From Bacilli bacterium (lineage in GTDB: Bacteria; Bacillota_I; Bacilli_A; RF39; UBA660), in NCBI GenBank assembly GCA_050948865.1, contig JBMNEQ010000003.1, positions 3,147-67,146 on the forward strand: a stretch of DNA of 64,000 nt, read 5' to 3'. Of this stretch, positions 23,189 to 33,945 are shown one piece after another. Position numbers and translations under genes: made by a program. Below the pieces are notes generated by a model that was given only the letters and a program-made list of their open reading frames with translations, was not told where the DNA came from and made no database searches. Each line of letters begins with the position of its first letter. Within the stretch, counting starts at the first letter, position 1.

Positions 23189-24457
23189 ATGTTTAAAAAG
23201 ATTTTGATTATTATTATACTTTTAATTAATTTATTATCAGTAAATGCTCGTACTAAAATAAATGAGGGAGTATGGTATGAAGAAAAATTAGATGATTCTA
23301 AATATTTAGTAGTTGATACTTTAAAGAAATATAAGTGGTATAAGGAAGAAATTATTTATAGTGAGGAATATTATTTAAGAGGATTTAATCCTCTTTCTTT
23401 TGATATTTTAAAAGAAGATGATTATCTAGAAACAGAGTGGAGTGCTTGGAGTGATGAAGTTCCTTTAAAACATGAAGATCGTTTAATTGAACTTAAAATG
23501 GTTAAGAAGTATCGAGAATTAAAACCCATAAGATATATTTATTTAGATAGTTTTCAAGGAGGAATTGCCAATTTTAATATAACAGAAATGAATATTCTAA
23601 TTGAAGATGAACCTTTTTCTTATGAAATAATAGAATGCAATGGTTGTAGCACTGATTTAATTAATCAATCTGGTTATGTTTTAAAAGATGGAAGTATTAA
23701 AATTGATTTAGGCGATTATTATCCTCTTCATAAAATAAAAATAGAATTATATATGTATGATATTAATCAAGGTAAAAAGTCTTTTAATCTTTATTTTTTA
23801 ATTGATAATGATATACCTGAAGAAAAATATATTTATTATGAATTTAATTCTTTTGTAGTTTCAGTTAAAAATGAAAATCCAACAAGATATTTAATAATCC
23901 CTGATAAAAGTTTTATTATTAATCCTTTCTATGATGATTGGGTTTATGTGGAACTTGAAAGTTTAATTAGTCCAACTTATTATCGACAATTAATAACATC
24001 TGTGGAAAGAAGATATAAAGATAAATTGTATCGCTATTATAAAATTAAAAGAAACTATTTAGATGGTTATTATACTAATCTAGAGGATGAAGATTATATT
24101 AAAGATGAAACTGATTATATAACCTTATATAAATATTTAGAGATAAAGAGTGAGGGGATTAAAGAATATAAACCTTTAAAAATAGGAGTAAAAAAATTAA
24201 ATGATAAGGAAGAGGAAATAAAGAATCAAAATAATAAAAAAGAAGAGGTTTTAAAAGGCCCTTTTCTTTTAGAAAAGGAATTAGAAGAAGAATTAGGGGA
24301 AGTAACAAAGAAAGATAGAAAGAAAGAAGTAACAGAAAAAGTAAAAGTAGAAAGAGAGTTTAAAAAAGTAGAAACAAAAAGAAAATATTTCATAATAATC
24401 TTAATTATTTTCTTTTTAGGTATTTGTTTTAGATGGTTTTGTCGAAAGCCTTTATAA
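23189..24457 (+). CDS. Secreted/surface protein of unknown function: signal peptide, Y/K/E-rich, C-terminal charged region and TM anchor
   Basis: 422 aa. N-terminal signal peptide. C-terminal KE-rich segment then a hydrophobic helix. RBS aggagg. Confidence 0.55.
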   Translation: MFKKILIIIILLINLLSVNARTKINEGVWYEEKLDDSKYLVVDTLKKYKWYKEEIIYSEEYYLRGFNPLSFDILKEDDYLETEWSAWSDEVPLKHEDRLIELKMVKKYRELKPIRYIYLDSFQGGIANFNITEMNILIEDEPFSYEIIECNGCSTDLINQSGYVLKDGSIKIDLGDYYPLHKIKIELYMYDINQGKKSFNLYFLIDNDIPEEKYIYYEFNSFVVSVKNENPTRYLIIPDKSFIINPFYDDWVYVELESLISPTYYRQLITSVERRYKDKLYRYYKIKRNYLDGYYTNLEDEDYIKDETDYITLYKYLEIKSEGIKEYKPLKIGVKKLNDKEEEIKNQNNKKEEVLKGPFLLEKELEEELGEVTKKDRKKEVTEKVKVEREFKKVETKRKYFIIILIIFFLGICFRWFCRKPL

Positions 24458-24508
24458 ATTTAATTAATAATGTTTTAATAAAAAGTAATTATTAAATTGG
24501 AGGCTTAA

Positions 24509-25186
24509 ATGAATAATAAAAAAACTTCTGAATTAGAAAGATTAATAAAAGAGAATGAGAGATTAATTAGGAGTTTAGTGAATAAGTGTAATCGTTTTAA
24601 TATTAAAGAAGATTTATATCAAGTAGGAGTTATAGGTTTGATAAATGCGTATAAGAATTATGATTATAATTATGGGACGAAGTTTTCTACGTATGCTTAT
24701 CCTTATATTTTTGGGGAAATGAAAAAGTATTTACATCATAATATTGGGATAAAGATTAGTCGTGATTTAGTTTATTTATCTTCAAGAATTGAGAAAGTTA
24801 AAAATATTATTGCTCAAAAATTAAATAGAGAACCGACTATTAAAGAAATAGCAAAAACTTTAAATATTGATGAAAATAAAATAGAAGAAGCTTTACAATT
24901 AAATTTTAATTTTCAAAGTTTGGATACTCCTCTTAATGCTGAAGGAAAAGAAATAACTTTAATGGAAGTTGTTTCTAAAGATAGAACAGTTGATAAGTTA
25001 GATTTAATTTTTTTAAAGGAAGAATTGCTTAAATTATCAGAAAAGGAAAAGAAATTGGTGGGGGCTCGTTGTTTATATGGAAAAACCCAAAATGAAACAG
25101 CTACGATGTTGGGAATAAGTCAGGTTCAAGTATCAAGAGAAGAACAAAAAGTTTTAACTAAATTAAAAAGCAAATTAGAACGTTAA
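24509..25186 (+). CDS. Group 3 sigma-70 family sigma factor (SigF/SigG/SigB-type)
   Basis: Region 2 FSTYAYPYIFGEMKKYL. Region 3 RDL...LNREPTIKEIAKTL. Region 4 GISQVQVSREEQKVLTKLK, compare SigF GISQVQVSRLEKKIL. Confidence 0.75.
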   Translation: MNNKKTSELERLIKENERLIRSLVNKCNRFNIKEDLYQVGVIGLINAYKNYDYNYGTKFSTYAYPYIFGEMKKYLHHNIGIKISRDLVYLSSRIEKVKNIIAQKLNREPTIKEIAKTLNIDENKIEEALQLNFNFQSLDTPLNAEGKEITLMEVVSKDRTVDKLDLIFLKEELLKLSEKEKKLVGARCLYGKTQNETATMLGISQVQVSREEQKVLTKLKSKLER

Positions 25187-25277
25187 ATAGACATTAAAAG
25201 AAGTTTGTTTTTTTTGTTTTTGTTGTGCATTATAGTTATTAATGATATAATTTTAGTGATGAAAGCAAGGAGTAATT

Positions 25278-26348
25278 ATGAAAAAGCATGCAAAGTTAAT
25301 TGTTAGTTTGATAGTTTTAATCTTATCCTTAATATTATTATTTTATAGTTATTATCAATATCAATTATCTCCAATAAGTGAAAATGATGTTTCTAAAATT
25401 ATCAAGATACCTGAGAAAGCTAGTGGGAAACAAGTAGCGAGTATATTAGAAGAAAATAAATTAATTAGAAAAGAAATCTTTTTTACTTTATATTTAAAGT
25501 TAAATAAAGTGAATAATTTAAAGTTTGGTATTTATGAATTAAATGAAACAATGAGCGTTCAAGAAATAGTTGATATTTTAGCGAAAGGGACTAATCATTT
25601 TGAAGGGGAAATTAATCTTTTGTTTCGTGAAGGAATAAATATAAGAGATATTGCAAAAGTAATTGCTAGAAATACTACTAACAGTGAAGAAGATGTTTTT
25701 AATCAATTAAAAGATCAAAAGTTTCTTGATAAATTAATAAATGAGTATTGGTTTTTAACAGAAGATATTAAAAATAAGGATATTTATTATCCTTTAGAAG
25801 GTTATTTAGCTCCTGATACTTATCGTTTTGATAATGTTGATGTTTCTGTGGAAGTGATTTTTAAGAGGATGTTAAAACAGATGGAAGAGGTTTTAAATAA
25901 ATTTAAAAAAGAAATAGAAGCAAGTTCGTTTTCTATTCATGAGTTTCTTACTTTCTCTAGTATTGTAGAAAGTGAAGGAGTTAATGATGAGGATCGTCCA
26001 AAGATAGCGGGGGTTTTTTATAATCGTTTAAAAGAAGCAATGCCTTTTCAAAGTTGCGTTACAGCTTGTTATGCTACTAAAGAAGATAAATGTTTACCAA
26101 TGAAAGTTGATAAACATTTTGAAAGTCCTTATAATACTTATTTAACAAGTTTAAAAGGGAAATTACCAGTAGGGCCTGTTTCTATTCCTGGTAAGGCTTC
26201 TATTGAGGCGACTGCTAAACCAGAAAAACATGATTATTTATATTTTTTAGCTGATAAATATAATAAAACTTATTTTAGTAAGACTAATAATGAACATCAG
26301 GCTAAAAAAGAAGATTTAATTGCAAAAAAGATGTGGATTGAAGGTTAA
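25278..26348 (+). CDS. mltG: Endolytic murein transglycosylase MltG (YceG family)
   Basis: N-terminal TM. C-terminal SPYNTYLTSLKGKLPVGPVSIPG is the YceG signature. Confidence 0.8.
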   Translation: MKKHAKLIVSLIVLILSLILLFYSYYQYQLSPISENDVSKIIKIPEKASGKQVASILEENKLIRKEIFFTLYLKLNKVNNLKFGIYELNETMSVQEIVDILAKGTNHFEGEINLLFREGINIRDIAKVIARNTTNSEEDVFNQLKDQKFLDKLINEYWFLTEDIKNKDIYYPLEGYLAPDTYRFDNVDVSVEVIFKRMLKQMEEVLNKFKKEIEASSFSIHEFLTFSSIVESEGVNDEDRPKIAGVFYNRLKEAMPFQSCVTACYATKEDKCLPMKVDKHFESPYNTYLTSLKGKLPVGPVSIPGKASIEATAKPEKHDYLYFLADKYNKTYFSKTNNEHQAKKEDLIAKKMWIEG

Positions 26349-26351
26349 TAA

Positions 26352-26901
26352 TATGGGAAGTGAAATCAAGCAAAAAGAATATTTAGATGTTTTAGATGAA
26401 CAAGGGAATAAAACTGGGATTGTTAAATCAAGAGGTGAAATTCATAAAAATAATTTATGGCATCGGGAAGTAGCAGTTCTTATCTTTAATTTAGAGGGAG
26501 AAATTCTTCTTCAAAAAAGAAGTATGGATAAAAAAGATGCTCCTGGAGTTTGGGCTTTATGTGCTGGTCATGTAGGGTTAAATGAAACTCCTTTAGAAAC
26601 TCTTTATAAAGAAGTAAAAGAAGAAGTAGGGATTGATATTGATATAAAGAAACTTACTTATATGTTTACTTTAAGAAATAATGAAGAAGGGAATAGACAT
26701 TTTATTGATATCTTTAAATATATAACGGAAGATAAAATAAATGAATTTAAAATTCAAACTGAAGAGTTAACTGCCCTTAGGTTTTTTAATTATGAGGAAG
26801 TTAAAAAAGGAGCTTTAAATAATGATCCTAATTTATTTTTGAAAAATGATGAACCAACTAGGTGTATTTTTGCTTGGATTGATGAAAAGGGAATTTATTA
26901 A
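26352..26901 (+). CDS. NUDIX hydrolase
   Basis: Nudix box GHVGLNETPLETLYKEVKEEVGI. Start taken at ATG 26352 (MGSEIK). Confidence 0.75.
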
Positions 26902-26926
26902 GATGTTTAATTAATGAGGTGAAAAG

Positions 26927-29047
26927 ATGGCCAAAAAGAAAGAGAGAAGAGAAGAAACTAAAAAACCAGTATATCATATTGAGTTAACTGGGTTATTATT
27001 AATTTTAATTGCTATCATTGGTTTAGGGGCTTTTGGTCCTGCGGGTAATATCGTTAGTGGGTTTGCAATTTTTATTGGTGGTTCTTGGTATTTTATGATT
27101 TTAATTTATCTTTTTTGTGTTGGTTTTTATATGATTTTAAATAGAGAAAGGCCTAATTTTTTTTCTCCTCGTTTAGTTGGATTATATGTTTTTTTTGCTA
27201 CTCTTTTAATAACTTCTCATATTACTTATATAAAAGAACTAAAAGGTTTAATTGAAGTATTAAGAGAGACTTCTAATCAAGTTTTATTAACTTTTAAAGA
27301 TGTTAGTCATAGTATTGATGCAGGAGGAGGTTTTGTTGGGGCTTTTTTAGCTTATTTTTTTGTTAAATTCTTTGATAAAGGAGTTTATATTGTTCTTGGT
27401 GTTTTACTTCTTTTTAGTTTTATTATGTTATTTGATATTTCAATTGGAGAGATGATTGATTGGATTAGAAAAAGGATTAAAAAGATTTTTAAAAGGAAAA
27501 AGGTAGAAGAAAAGAAAGAAGATCAAGTAATTATTTCTAATTTAACTAAAGTAAAACAAGTTGCTGATCAAGAAATAAGTGATAATCTAGAAAAAGAAGT
27601 TCATTATGAAGATTATGTGCTTCCTTCGATGATGCTTCTTGAAAATGCTAAAAAAGATTATAGTAATGATAATCAAGGGATTGTGCGGGGAAATATTAAA
27701 ATCTTAGAAAGAGTTTTAACTGATTTTGATATTGAAGGTAAAATTGTCCAAGTTCATATTGGGCCTAGTGTAACTCAATATGAACTTGAAATAAAGGCAG
27801 GAACAAAAGTTAATAAAATACTTGGAATTAATCGGGAAATTGCTTTAGCTTTAGCGGCTAAAGTTGTTCGTATTCAAGCTCCAATTCCTGGAAAGGGAAC
27901 AATTGGGATTGAAATACCTAATAAAGTTAATACTTTAGTCAGTTTAAGGGAAGTTTTATCTTCTATTCCTGATAATATGAGAGAAAAAAAGTTATTAGTT
28001 GGTCTTGGGATTGATATTATGGGAAAACCAATTTATGCTGAAATAGATAAAACACCACATCTTTTAATTGCTGGTGCGACTGGGAGTGGGAAATCAGTTT
28101 GTATTAATACGATGATTATATCTTTATTAATGAGAACTAAACCTGATGAAGTAAAATTGGTTTTAGTTGATCCAAAAAAGGTAGAGTTAAATATTTATAA
28201 TGGGATTCCTCATCTTTTAGCTCCCGTTGTAACTGATCCTCGTAAAGCATCGGTAGTTTTAATGAAGATTGTTTCAGAAATGGAAAGGCGTTATGATTTA
28301 TTTGATGATACTGAAACAAAAGGAATTGATAGTTATAATTTATATTTAGAAAATAAAAATAAAAAGCTAAATGAAGGAGAAAGAATTTCTAAATTACCAT
28401 ATTTGGTAGTTATTATTGATGAACTAGCTGATTTAATGTTAGTGGCTTCTAAAGAAGTGGAAGATTCTATTATGCGTTTAACACAAATGGCTAGAGCAGC
28501 AGGGATTCATCTTATTGTCGCTACTCAACGTCCTTCAACTGATGTAATAACAGGTTTAATTAAAGCGAATATTCCTTCTCGGATTGCCTTTTCTGTTAGT
28601 AGTAATGTTGATTCTCGGACTATTTTAGATATGGCCGGAGCAGAGAAATTATTAGGTCAAGGGGATATGCTTTTTTTACCAACAGGAGAGAATATTCCTC
28701 TTCGTCTTCAAGGGTCGTATGTTAATGAAAAGGAAATAAAAAGAATAATTGATTGGGTGATTAGACAACAAAAAGCTAAATATGATGAAAAGTTAGTTAC
28801 CACTGATCAGGCTTCCTTTTCTTTAGATTCTAAAGAAGAAGATGATGAACTTTATCAAGAGGTTCTTGAATTTGCTATTCAAAATAAAAGTATTAGCACT
28901 TCTTTAATACAAAGAAAATATCGAATTGGTTATAATAGGGCCGCTCGTATTATTGATTTATTAGAAGAAAGAGGAATAGTTGGACCTCCTCGGGGTTCTA
29001 AAGCTAGGGAAGTGTTAAAAAGTCAAGAAGAAGAGGGGGAAGAATAA
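26927..29047 (+). CDS. ftsK: DNA translocase FtsK/SpoIIIE
   Basis: N-terminal TM segments. Walker A GATGSGKS. C-terminal gamma wHTH ...IQRKYRIGYNRAARIID. Confidence 0.9.
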   Translation: MAKKKERREETKKPVYHIELTGLLLILIAIIGLGAFGPAGNIVSGFAIFIGGSWYFMILIYLFCVGFYMILNRERPNFFSPRLVGLYVFFATLLITSHITYIKELKGLIEVLRETSNQVLLTFKDVSHSIDAGGGFVGAFLAYFFVKFFDKGVYIVLGVLLLFSFIMLFDISIGEMIDWIRKRIKKIFKRKKVEEKKEDQVIISNLTKVKQVADQEISDNLEKEVHYEDYVLPSMMLLENAKKDYSNDNQGIVRGNIKILERVLTDFDIEGKIVQVHIGPSVTQYELEIKAGTKVNKILGINREIALALAAKVVRIQAPIPGKGTIGIEIPNKVNTLVSLREVLSSIPDNMREKKLLVGLGIDIMGKPIYAEIDKTPHLLIAGATGSGKSVCINTMIISLLMRTKPDEVKLVLVDPKKVELNIYNGIPHLLAPVVTDPRKASVVLMKIVSEMERRYDLFDDTETKGIDSYNLYLENKNKKLNEGERISKLPYLVVIIDELADLMLVASKEVEDSIMRLTQMARAAGIHLIVATQRPSTDVITGLIKANIPSRIAFSVSSNVDSRTILDMAGAEKLLGQGDMLFLPTGENIPLRLQGSYVNEKEIKRIIDWVIRQQKAKYDEKLVTTDQASFSLDSKEEDDELYQEVLEFAIQNKSISTSLIQRKYRIGYNRAARIIDLLEERGIVGPPRGSKAREVLKSQEEEGEE

Positions 29048-29766
29048 TGGGACGAGCTTATGAAGTAAGAAAGTTTTCGATAGCGAAAACAGCTTTAAAA
29101 AAGGCTAAACTTCATAGTATCTATGCTAAAGAAATTCAAAAGATTGCTAAAAAAGGTGGTGTTGATCCTTTAAGTAATTTGGAATTAAAAAGACTTTTAG
29201 AACGGGCTAAAAAGGAACAAGTTCCCAATGATATTATTGAAAGATCTTTAAAAAGGGTAACTAGTGGAGGAACAGAAGATTATCTAGATGTTCGTTATGA
29301 AGGTTTTGGACCAGGAGCTTCTACTTTAATTGTTGAATGTTTAACAGACAATATAAATAGAACGGCTAGTTTTGTTCGTCATGCCTTTTCTAAAGCTTCT
29401 TCTAAATTAGGAGTTCTAGGAAGCGTCAGCTATATGTATAAGCAAGTTTATTTTTTGGAAATAAGCAAGATAAAAGAAGAAGAATTATTAAACTTTTTAA
29501 TAGAAAATAATCAAGATTTTATTGATATAATAAAAGAAGAGAATATTATTTTATATGTTGAACCTCAAAAAGGAAATATGATAAGGGAATTATTTTCAAC
29601 AACAAAGAAACCTTATGAAGTTCTTAATGAAGGTTTAATTATGGTTCCAGATTTATCAATAGAATTATCTTCTTCTGATTTAGAAGAATTTAAAAAGTTA
29701 TTATCTTTATTAGAAGATATTGATGATGTTAAAGAAGTTTTTCATAATGTTAATAATGAATTTTAA
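29047..29766 (+). CDS. YebC/PmpR-family transcriptional regulator
   Basis: 239 aa with YebC-like features (KKGGVDP...NP.L). The TAATG stop/start overlap with ftsK is also seen. Confidence 0.75.
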   Translation: MGRAYEVRKFSIAKTALKKAKLHSIYAKEIQKIAKKGGVDPLSNLELKRLLERAKKEQVPNDIIERSLKRVTSGGTEDYLDVRYEGFGPGASTLIVECLTDNINRTASFVRHAFSKASSKLGVLGSVSYMYKQVYFLEISKIKEEELLNFLIENNQDFIDIIKEENIILYVEPQKGNMIRELFSTTKKPYEVLNEGLIMVPDLSIELSSSDLEEFKKLLSLLEDIDDVKEVFHNVNNEF

Positions 29767-29793
29767 AGATTTATTAAGTTAGGACGTGAATAT

Positions 29794-31062
29794 ATGTTTA
29801 ACGGAGTTAAAGTAGATCTTAATAAAAATATATCTATTACTAAAGATATTAAAGAATATAAACAACCAAAAATAGTTTATATCCCTCTTAATAGTTATGG
29901 AAGTGATGAGGGTGAAAGTTTAGTTAAAATAAATGATTATGTTTTAAAAGGACAAGTTATTGGTCAAAGAAGTGATCAATTAAAGTTTCCTCTTCATTCT
30001 AGTGTTAGTGGTCAAGTAGTTGCTTTTGAAGATAAAGTAAACAGTAAAGGAGAACTTGTTAAATGTTTAGTAATAAAAAATGATTTTAAAGAAAAGCAAG
30101 TAGAAATTCAAGGGGTAAGAGAAAAGTTAACTTCTTATAATAAAGAAATATTTTTAAAACTTTTAAAAGAATGTGCTGTTTCAGGAATGGGGGGAGCTGA
30201 TTTTCCTACTTATTTAAAATATAAGGGGGATTTAAATACAATTATTGTTAATGTAGTTGAGGGAGAACCATATATGACTTCTGATTATATGGTTGGAATG
30301 CTGCAAACAGAAGAAATATTAGAGGCTCTTGATGCAATAATGGAAATTAATCAGATTAAAAAGGGGATTATTGCTCTTAATGAAGAATATTTATCTTTAA
30401 AAGAACGTTTTGAAGCCTTTTTAGGAACTTATCCTAATATAATGATTGTTACTGTTCCTGCTATTTATCCTCTTGGTTGGGAAAGATATTTAGTAAAAAA
30501 GGTTTTAAATGTTCATTATAATAAGTATCCCCTAGAAAAAGGCATTGTTGTGAACAATATTAATACTATTTATGCTATTTATAAAGCTCTTAAGAATAAA
30601 AAGCCTATTAGTCAAAGAATTATTACTATTAGTGGGGAAATGGTTAAAGAACCTCAAAATGTTTTAGTGAAGTTAGGAACTAGTTTAAAAGAAGTTATTG
30701 AAGAAATAGGGGGGTTAAAAGAAGATCAAGAGTTAAGTTTTATTGTTAATGGTCCTTTAAGGGGAAAGAGTTTAAAGATTGATGATTTAATTGTTACCAA
30801 AGATTTAGCAGGAATAGTTATTCAAACTAAAAGAAGATTAGAACAAGAGACTACTTGTTTAAGATGTGGTAAATGTGCTTTGGTTTGCCCAGTTAATATT
30901 GTCCCTATTTTAATTAAAGAAAACTTAAAAAGTTATGATAAATTAAAATATTTATTTCCAGAACGATGTTTAGAATGTGGTTTATGTTCTTATATTTGTC
31001 CTTCCAAGATTAATATAAGAGAATCAGTAAGAAGAGCTAAAAAGGAGATTAGGAGGCATTAA
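29794..31062 (+). CDS. rnfC: Rnf complex subunit C (NADH-binding, 2x 4Fe-4S)
   Basis: SGMGGADFPT, CLRCGKCALVCP, CLECGLCSYICP. Confidence 0.85.
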   Translation: MFNGVKVDLNKNISITKDIKEYKQPKIVYIPLNSYGSDEGESLVKINDYVLKGQVIGQRSDQLKFPLHSSVSGQVVAFEDKVNSKGELVKCLVIKNDFKEKQVEIQGVREKLTSYNKEIFLKLLKECAVSGMGGADFPTYLKYKGDLNTIIVNVVEGEPYMTSDYMVGMLQTEEILEALDAIMEINQIKKGIIALNEEYLSLKERFEAFLGTYPNIMIVTVPAIYPLGWERYLVKKVLNVHYNKYPLEKGIVVNNINTIYAIYKALKNKKPISQRIITISGEMVKEPQNVLVKLGTSLKEVIEEIGGLKEDQELSFIVNGPLRGKSLKIDDLIVTKDLAGIVIQTKRRLEQETTCLRCGKCALVCPVNIVPILIKENLKSYDKLKYLFPERCLECGLCSYICPSKINIRESVRRAKKEIRRH

Positions 31063-31063
31063 A

Positions 31064-32494
31064 ATGGATTTATTAAAAGAAGGCCCTTATTTAAAAGATC
31101 AAGAAAATACTAATAAAATGATGAAAAGATTATTATTATCTCTAATCCCCATTATTTTATTTGCGATTTATAAAAATGGAATTTATCCTTATTGGGAAGG
31201 TTCATCATCTTTAGGGGAAGCCTTTCGACCTTTATTCTTAATTTTAATTGCTTCAGGAACTTCAATTTTAGCAGAAACTTTATATGTTTCTTTAGTTTTA
31301 AAAAAGAAAAAAGAGGATTTAAAAGAATATTTAAAACATTCCTATGCTCTTTTTCCTGGTTTGTTTTTGGCTTTAATTTCCCCTTATAATACTCCTTATT
31401 GGTTAATAATTTTTGGAAGTATTACAGCGACTATTCTTGGAAAGATGTTATTTGGAGGATTTGGTTATAATATTTTTAATCCAGCTTTAATTGGTTCTTT
31501 ATTCATGACTTCTTCTTATGGAGCTTTAATAACTTCTAGAGGTGGTTATTTAAATCCTTTAGAAATAGATACGATTACTTCTTCAACGCCACTTATGAGT
31601 GTTAGTAAAGTAAATTATCTTTTTAATTTTTCTGATATTAGTTTTAAATTTGGTACTCTTTTTGATTACTTTTTTGGTTTTATTCCTGGAGCTTTAGGAG
31701 AAACAAGTAAGATTTTAATTTTAATAGCGTTAATTTATTTAATAATAACTAAAGTAATAAAATGGAGAATTCCTCTTCTTTATTTGTTAACAGTTTTTAT
31801 AATGACTTTTATAATAGGCTTTTCTAATGGAATGGGATTTTGGTATCCTTTATTTCATTTACTCTCTGGAGGTTTGTTATTTGGAGCTGTTTTTATGGCT
31901 ACTGATCCAGTAACTAGTCCCATAACGAAAAAGGGACAAATCCTATTTGCCCTTAGTTTAGGTTTGTTAACAGTTATTTTAAGGTTTTTAACTTCTTATC
32001 CAGAAGGAGTTTTAACTGCTATCTTAACAATGAATATGTTTGTTTTTATTTTAGATAAGATTGGGGTAAAAGGAGAATTAAATAAAAAAGGTTTTCTATC
32101 TTTATTATTAATCTTTTTTATAATTATTTTAGGAATTAGTTTTTATATTGGTAATAGTTTAAAAAATATTGATGTTAAAGAAGAGATAACTACTATTACT
32201 GAGATTAAAAAAGAAGGTTCATTAACTAAATATTATGTATCAACTAAGGGGTTTGCGGGTTTAATTAAAGCAGAAGTAATTACAAGGGATAATCAAATTA
32301 AAGAAATTAAGATCATCAGTCAAAATGAAAGTTATTGGAAAAAGATAGAAAGTAATGATTATTTAAATACTTTAATAATTAATCAAGATAACATTAATAA
32401 TGTTGATGCAATTAGTGGAGCAACCTTTACCTCAGAATCTTTAAAAGAAATAATGGTTAGAGTAATTAAAGAAGAGTTTAAAGAGGTGAAATAA
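31064..32494 (+). CDS. rnfD: Rnf subunit D with subunit G fused in-frame at its C-terminus (RnfD-RnfG fusion)
   Basis: The first roughly 330 aa form an RnfD/NqrB-like polytopic protein. The C-terminal roughly 140 aa form an RnfG-like TM plus FMN-binding domain (KYYVSTKGFAGLIK...DAISGATFTSESL). No stop codon between the two. Confidence 0.75.
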   Translation: MDLLKEGPYLKDQENTNKMMKRLLLSLIPIILFAIYKNGIYPYWEGSSSLGEAFRPLFLILIASGTSILAETLYVSLVLKKKKEDLKEYLKHSYALFPGLFLALISPYNTPYWLIIFGSITATILGKMLFGGFGYNIFNPALIGSLFMTSSYGALITSRGGYLNPLEIDTITSSTPLMSVSKVNYLFNFSDISFKFGTLFDYFFGFIPGALGETSKILILIALIYLIITKVIKWRIPLLYLLTVFIMTFIIGFSNGMGFWYPLFHLLSGGLLFGAVFMATDPVTSPITKKGQILFALSLGLLTVILRFLTSYPEGVLTAILTMNMFVFILDKIGVKGELNKKGFLSLLLIFFIIILGISFYIGNSLKNIDVKEEITTITEIKKEGSLTKYYVSTKGFAGLIKAEVITRDNQIKEIKIISQNESYWKKIESNDYLNTLIINQDNINNVDAISGATFTSESLKEIMVRVIKEEFKEVK

Positions 32495-32495
32495 G

Positions 32496-32603
32496 ATGAA
32501 AAAAAATTTAATAAAACCAATCTTAGTTTTAACTTTAATTGCTTTTATTTGTTCTTTATTAGTTTGTTTAGTTAATGAACTTACGTTAGGAGTGATATCT
32601 TGA
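32496..32603 (+). CDS. 35-aa membrane mini-protein resembling an RnfG N-terminal TM helix, translationally coupled to rnfE (TTGA overlap)
   Basis: MKKNLIKPILVLTLIAFICSLLVCLVNELT... read manually. ATG sits 1 nt after the rnfD stop. Confidence 0.45.
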   Translation: MKKNLIKPILVLTLIAFICSLLVCLVNELTLGVIS

Positions 32604-33244
32604 AAGATGATAAAAAGGGCTTTTTTAAATCAATAATTGAGGATAATCCTGTTTTTGTTCTTTGTCTTGGTTTATGTCCTACTTTAGCTGTTACTTTTAA
32701 TTTAGAAAACGCTTATACTATGGGCTTATCTGTTTTATTTGTTGTTTTAATTACTAATATTATTGTTTCTTTAATATCAAAATATGTTGATGAAGAAATA
32801 AGAATACCTGCTTATATCATTATAATTGCTTCTTCAGTAACTATTTTAGAATTATTATTAGGAAAGTATCTACCAGCAATTTCTAAATCATTAGGTATTT
32901 ATTTACCTTTAATCGTAGTTAATTGTATCGTCTTAGGAAGAGCTTTATCTTATGCTTCTTCTCATAATGTAATTAATAGTATAAAAGATGCTTTTAAAGC
33001 AGGAATAGGTTTTACCTTGGCTTTATCTTTATTAGGTTTAATCAGAGAAGTTTTAGGAAGCAATCAAATAACTATTATGGATAATATTTCCCCTTTAACA
33101 GGATATATTATGAAGTATACTATTTTCTTTAAAAATGAATTGATTCCTAATCCTTTATTTTTATCCCCAGCTGGGGCTTTTATAACATTAGGTTTTTTAA
33201 TTGCTTTTATCAATGTTCTAAGAAATAGAGGTGAAGCGAAATGA
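32600..33244 (+). CDS. rnfE: Rnf complex subunit E
   Basis: NPVFVLCLGLCPTLAVT. Apparent TTG start. Confidence 0.8.
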   Translation: MKDDKKGFFKSIIEDNPVFVLCLGLCPTLAVTFNLENAYTMGLSVLFVVLITNIIVSLISKYVDEEIRIPAYIIIIASSVTILELLLGKYLPAISKSLGIYLPLIVVNCIVLGRALSYASSHNVINSIKDAFKAGIGFTLALSLLGLIREVLGSNQITIMDNISPLTGYIMKYTIFFKNELIPNPLFLSPAGAFITLGFLIAFINVLRNRGEAK

Positions 33245-33810
33245 ATTTATTTTCTTTATTTATAACAAGTATTTTAATGGAGAATGTTGTTTTAAATAAA
33301 TTTTTAGGAATTTGTCCTTTTGTTGGAGTTTCTAGTAAGGAAAAAAGTGCTACTGGAATGGGTTTAGCAGTTGTTTTTGTTATTACAATTTCTAGCATCA
33401 TAACTTATTTTCTTTATCATTATCTTTTAGTTCCTACCAAGACTGAATATTTAAGAACAATTGTTTTTATTTTAATAATAGCTTCTTTAGTGCAAATGGT
33501 AGAAATATTAATGAAAAGATATTTTACTTCTTTATATGAATTATTAGGAATTTATCTTCCTTTAATTACTACTAATTGTGCTGTTCTTGGAGTTGTTGTT
33601 TTAAATGTTTTTAGTGGTTTTAATTTATTAGAAACTTTAGTATTTTCTATTGGTAGTAGTCTAGGTTTTTTCTTGGTTATTTATTTATTTTCTACAATAA
33701 GAGAAAGAATAAAAGCTTCTCCAATTATAAAGCCTTTTCAAGGTTATCCTCTAGCTTTAATTACAGCTGGAATTATGGCTTTAATTTTTTCTCGATATGG
33801 AGGGATGTAA
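33241..33810 (+). CDS. rnfA: Rnf complex subunit A
   Basis: NKFLGICPFVGVS...YLPLITTNCAVLG. Confidence 0.8.
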   Translation: MNLFSLFITSILMENVVLNKFLGICPFVGVSSKEKSATGMGLAVVFVITISSIITYFLYHYLLVPTKTEYLRTIVFILIIASLVQMVEILMKRYFTSLYELLGIYLPLITTNCAVLGVVVLNVFSGFNLLETLVFSIGSSLGFFLVIYLFSTIRERIKASPIIKPFQGYPLALITAGIMALIFSRYGGM

Positions 33811-33945
33811 ATGTTAAGCTATGGAGTTCTCTTTTGTTTGTCTTTATTAACATTAATTTTATATAAATTAAACAAATCTTTATTTAATTCTTCTAATTGT
33901 AATTTATGTTTTATTAAAGAATGTGAAAAGAGGGATAAAAAATGA
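33811..33945 (+). CDS. 44-aa Cys-rich TM mini-protein between rnfA and rnfB, coupled on both sides (ATGTAAATG and ATGA overlaps)
   Basis: Manual translation MLSYGVLFCLSLLTLILYKLNKSLFNSSNCNLCFIKECEKRDKK. Not in the ORF track because it is shorter than 60 aa. Confidence 0.35.
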   Translation: MLSYGVLFCLSLLTLILYKLNKSLFNSSNCNLCFIKECEKRDKK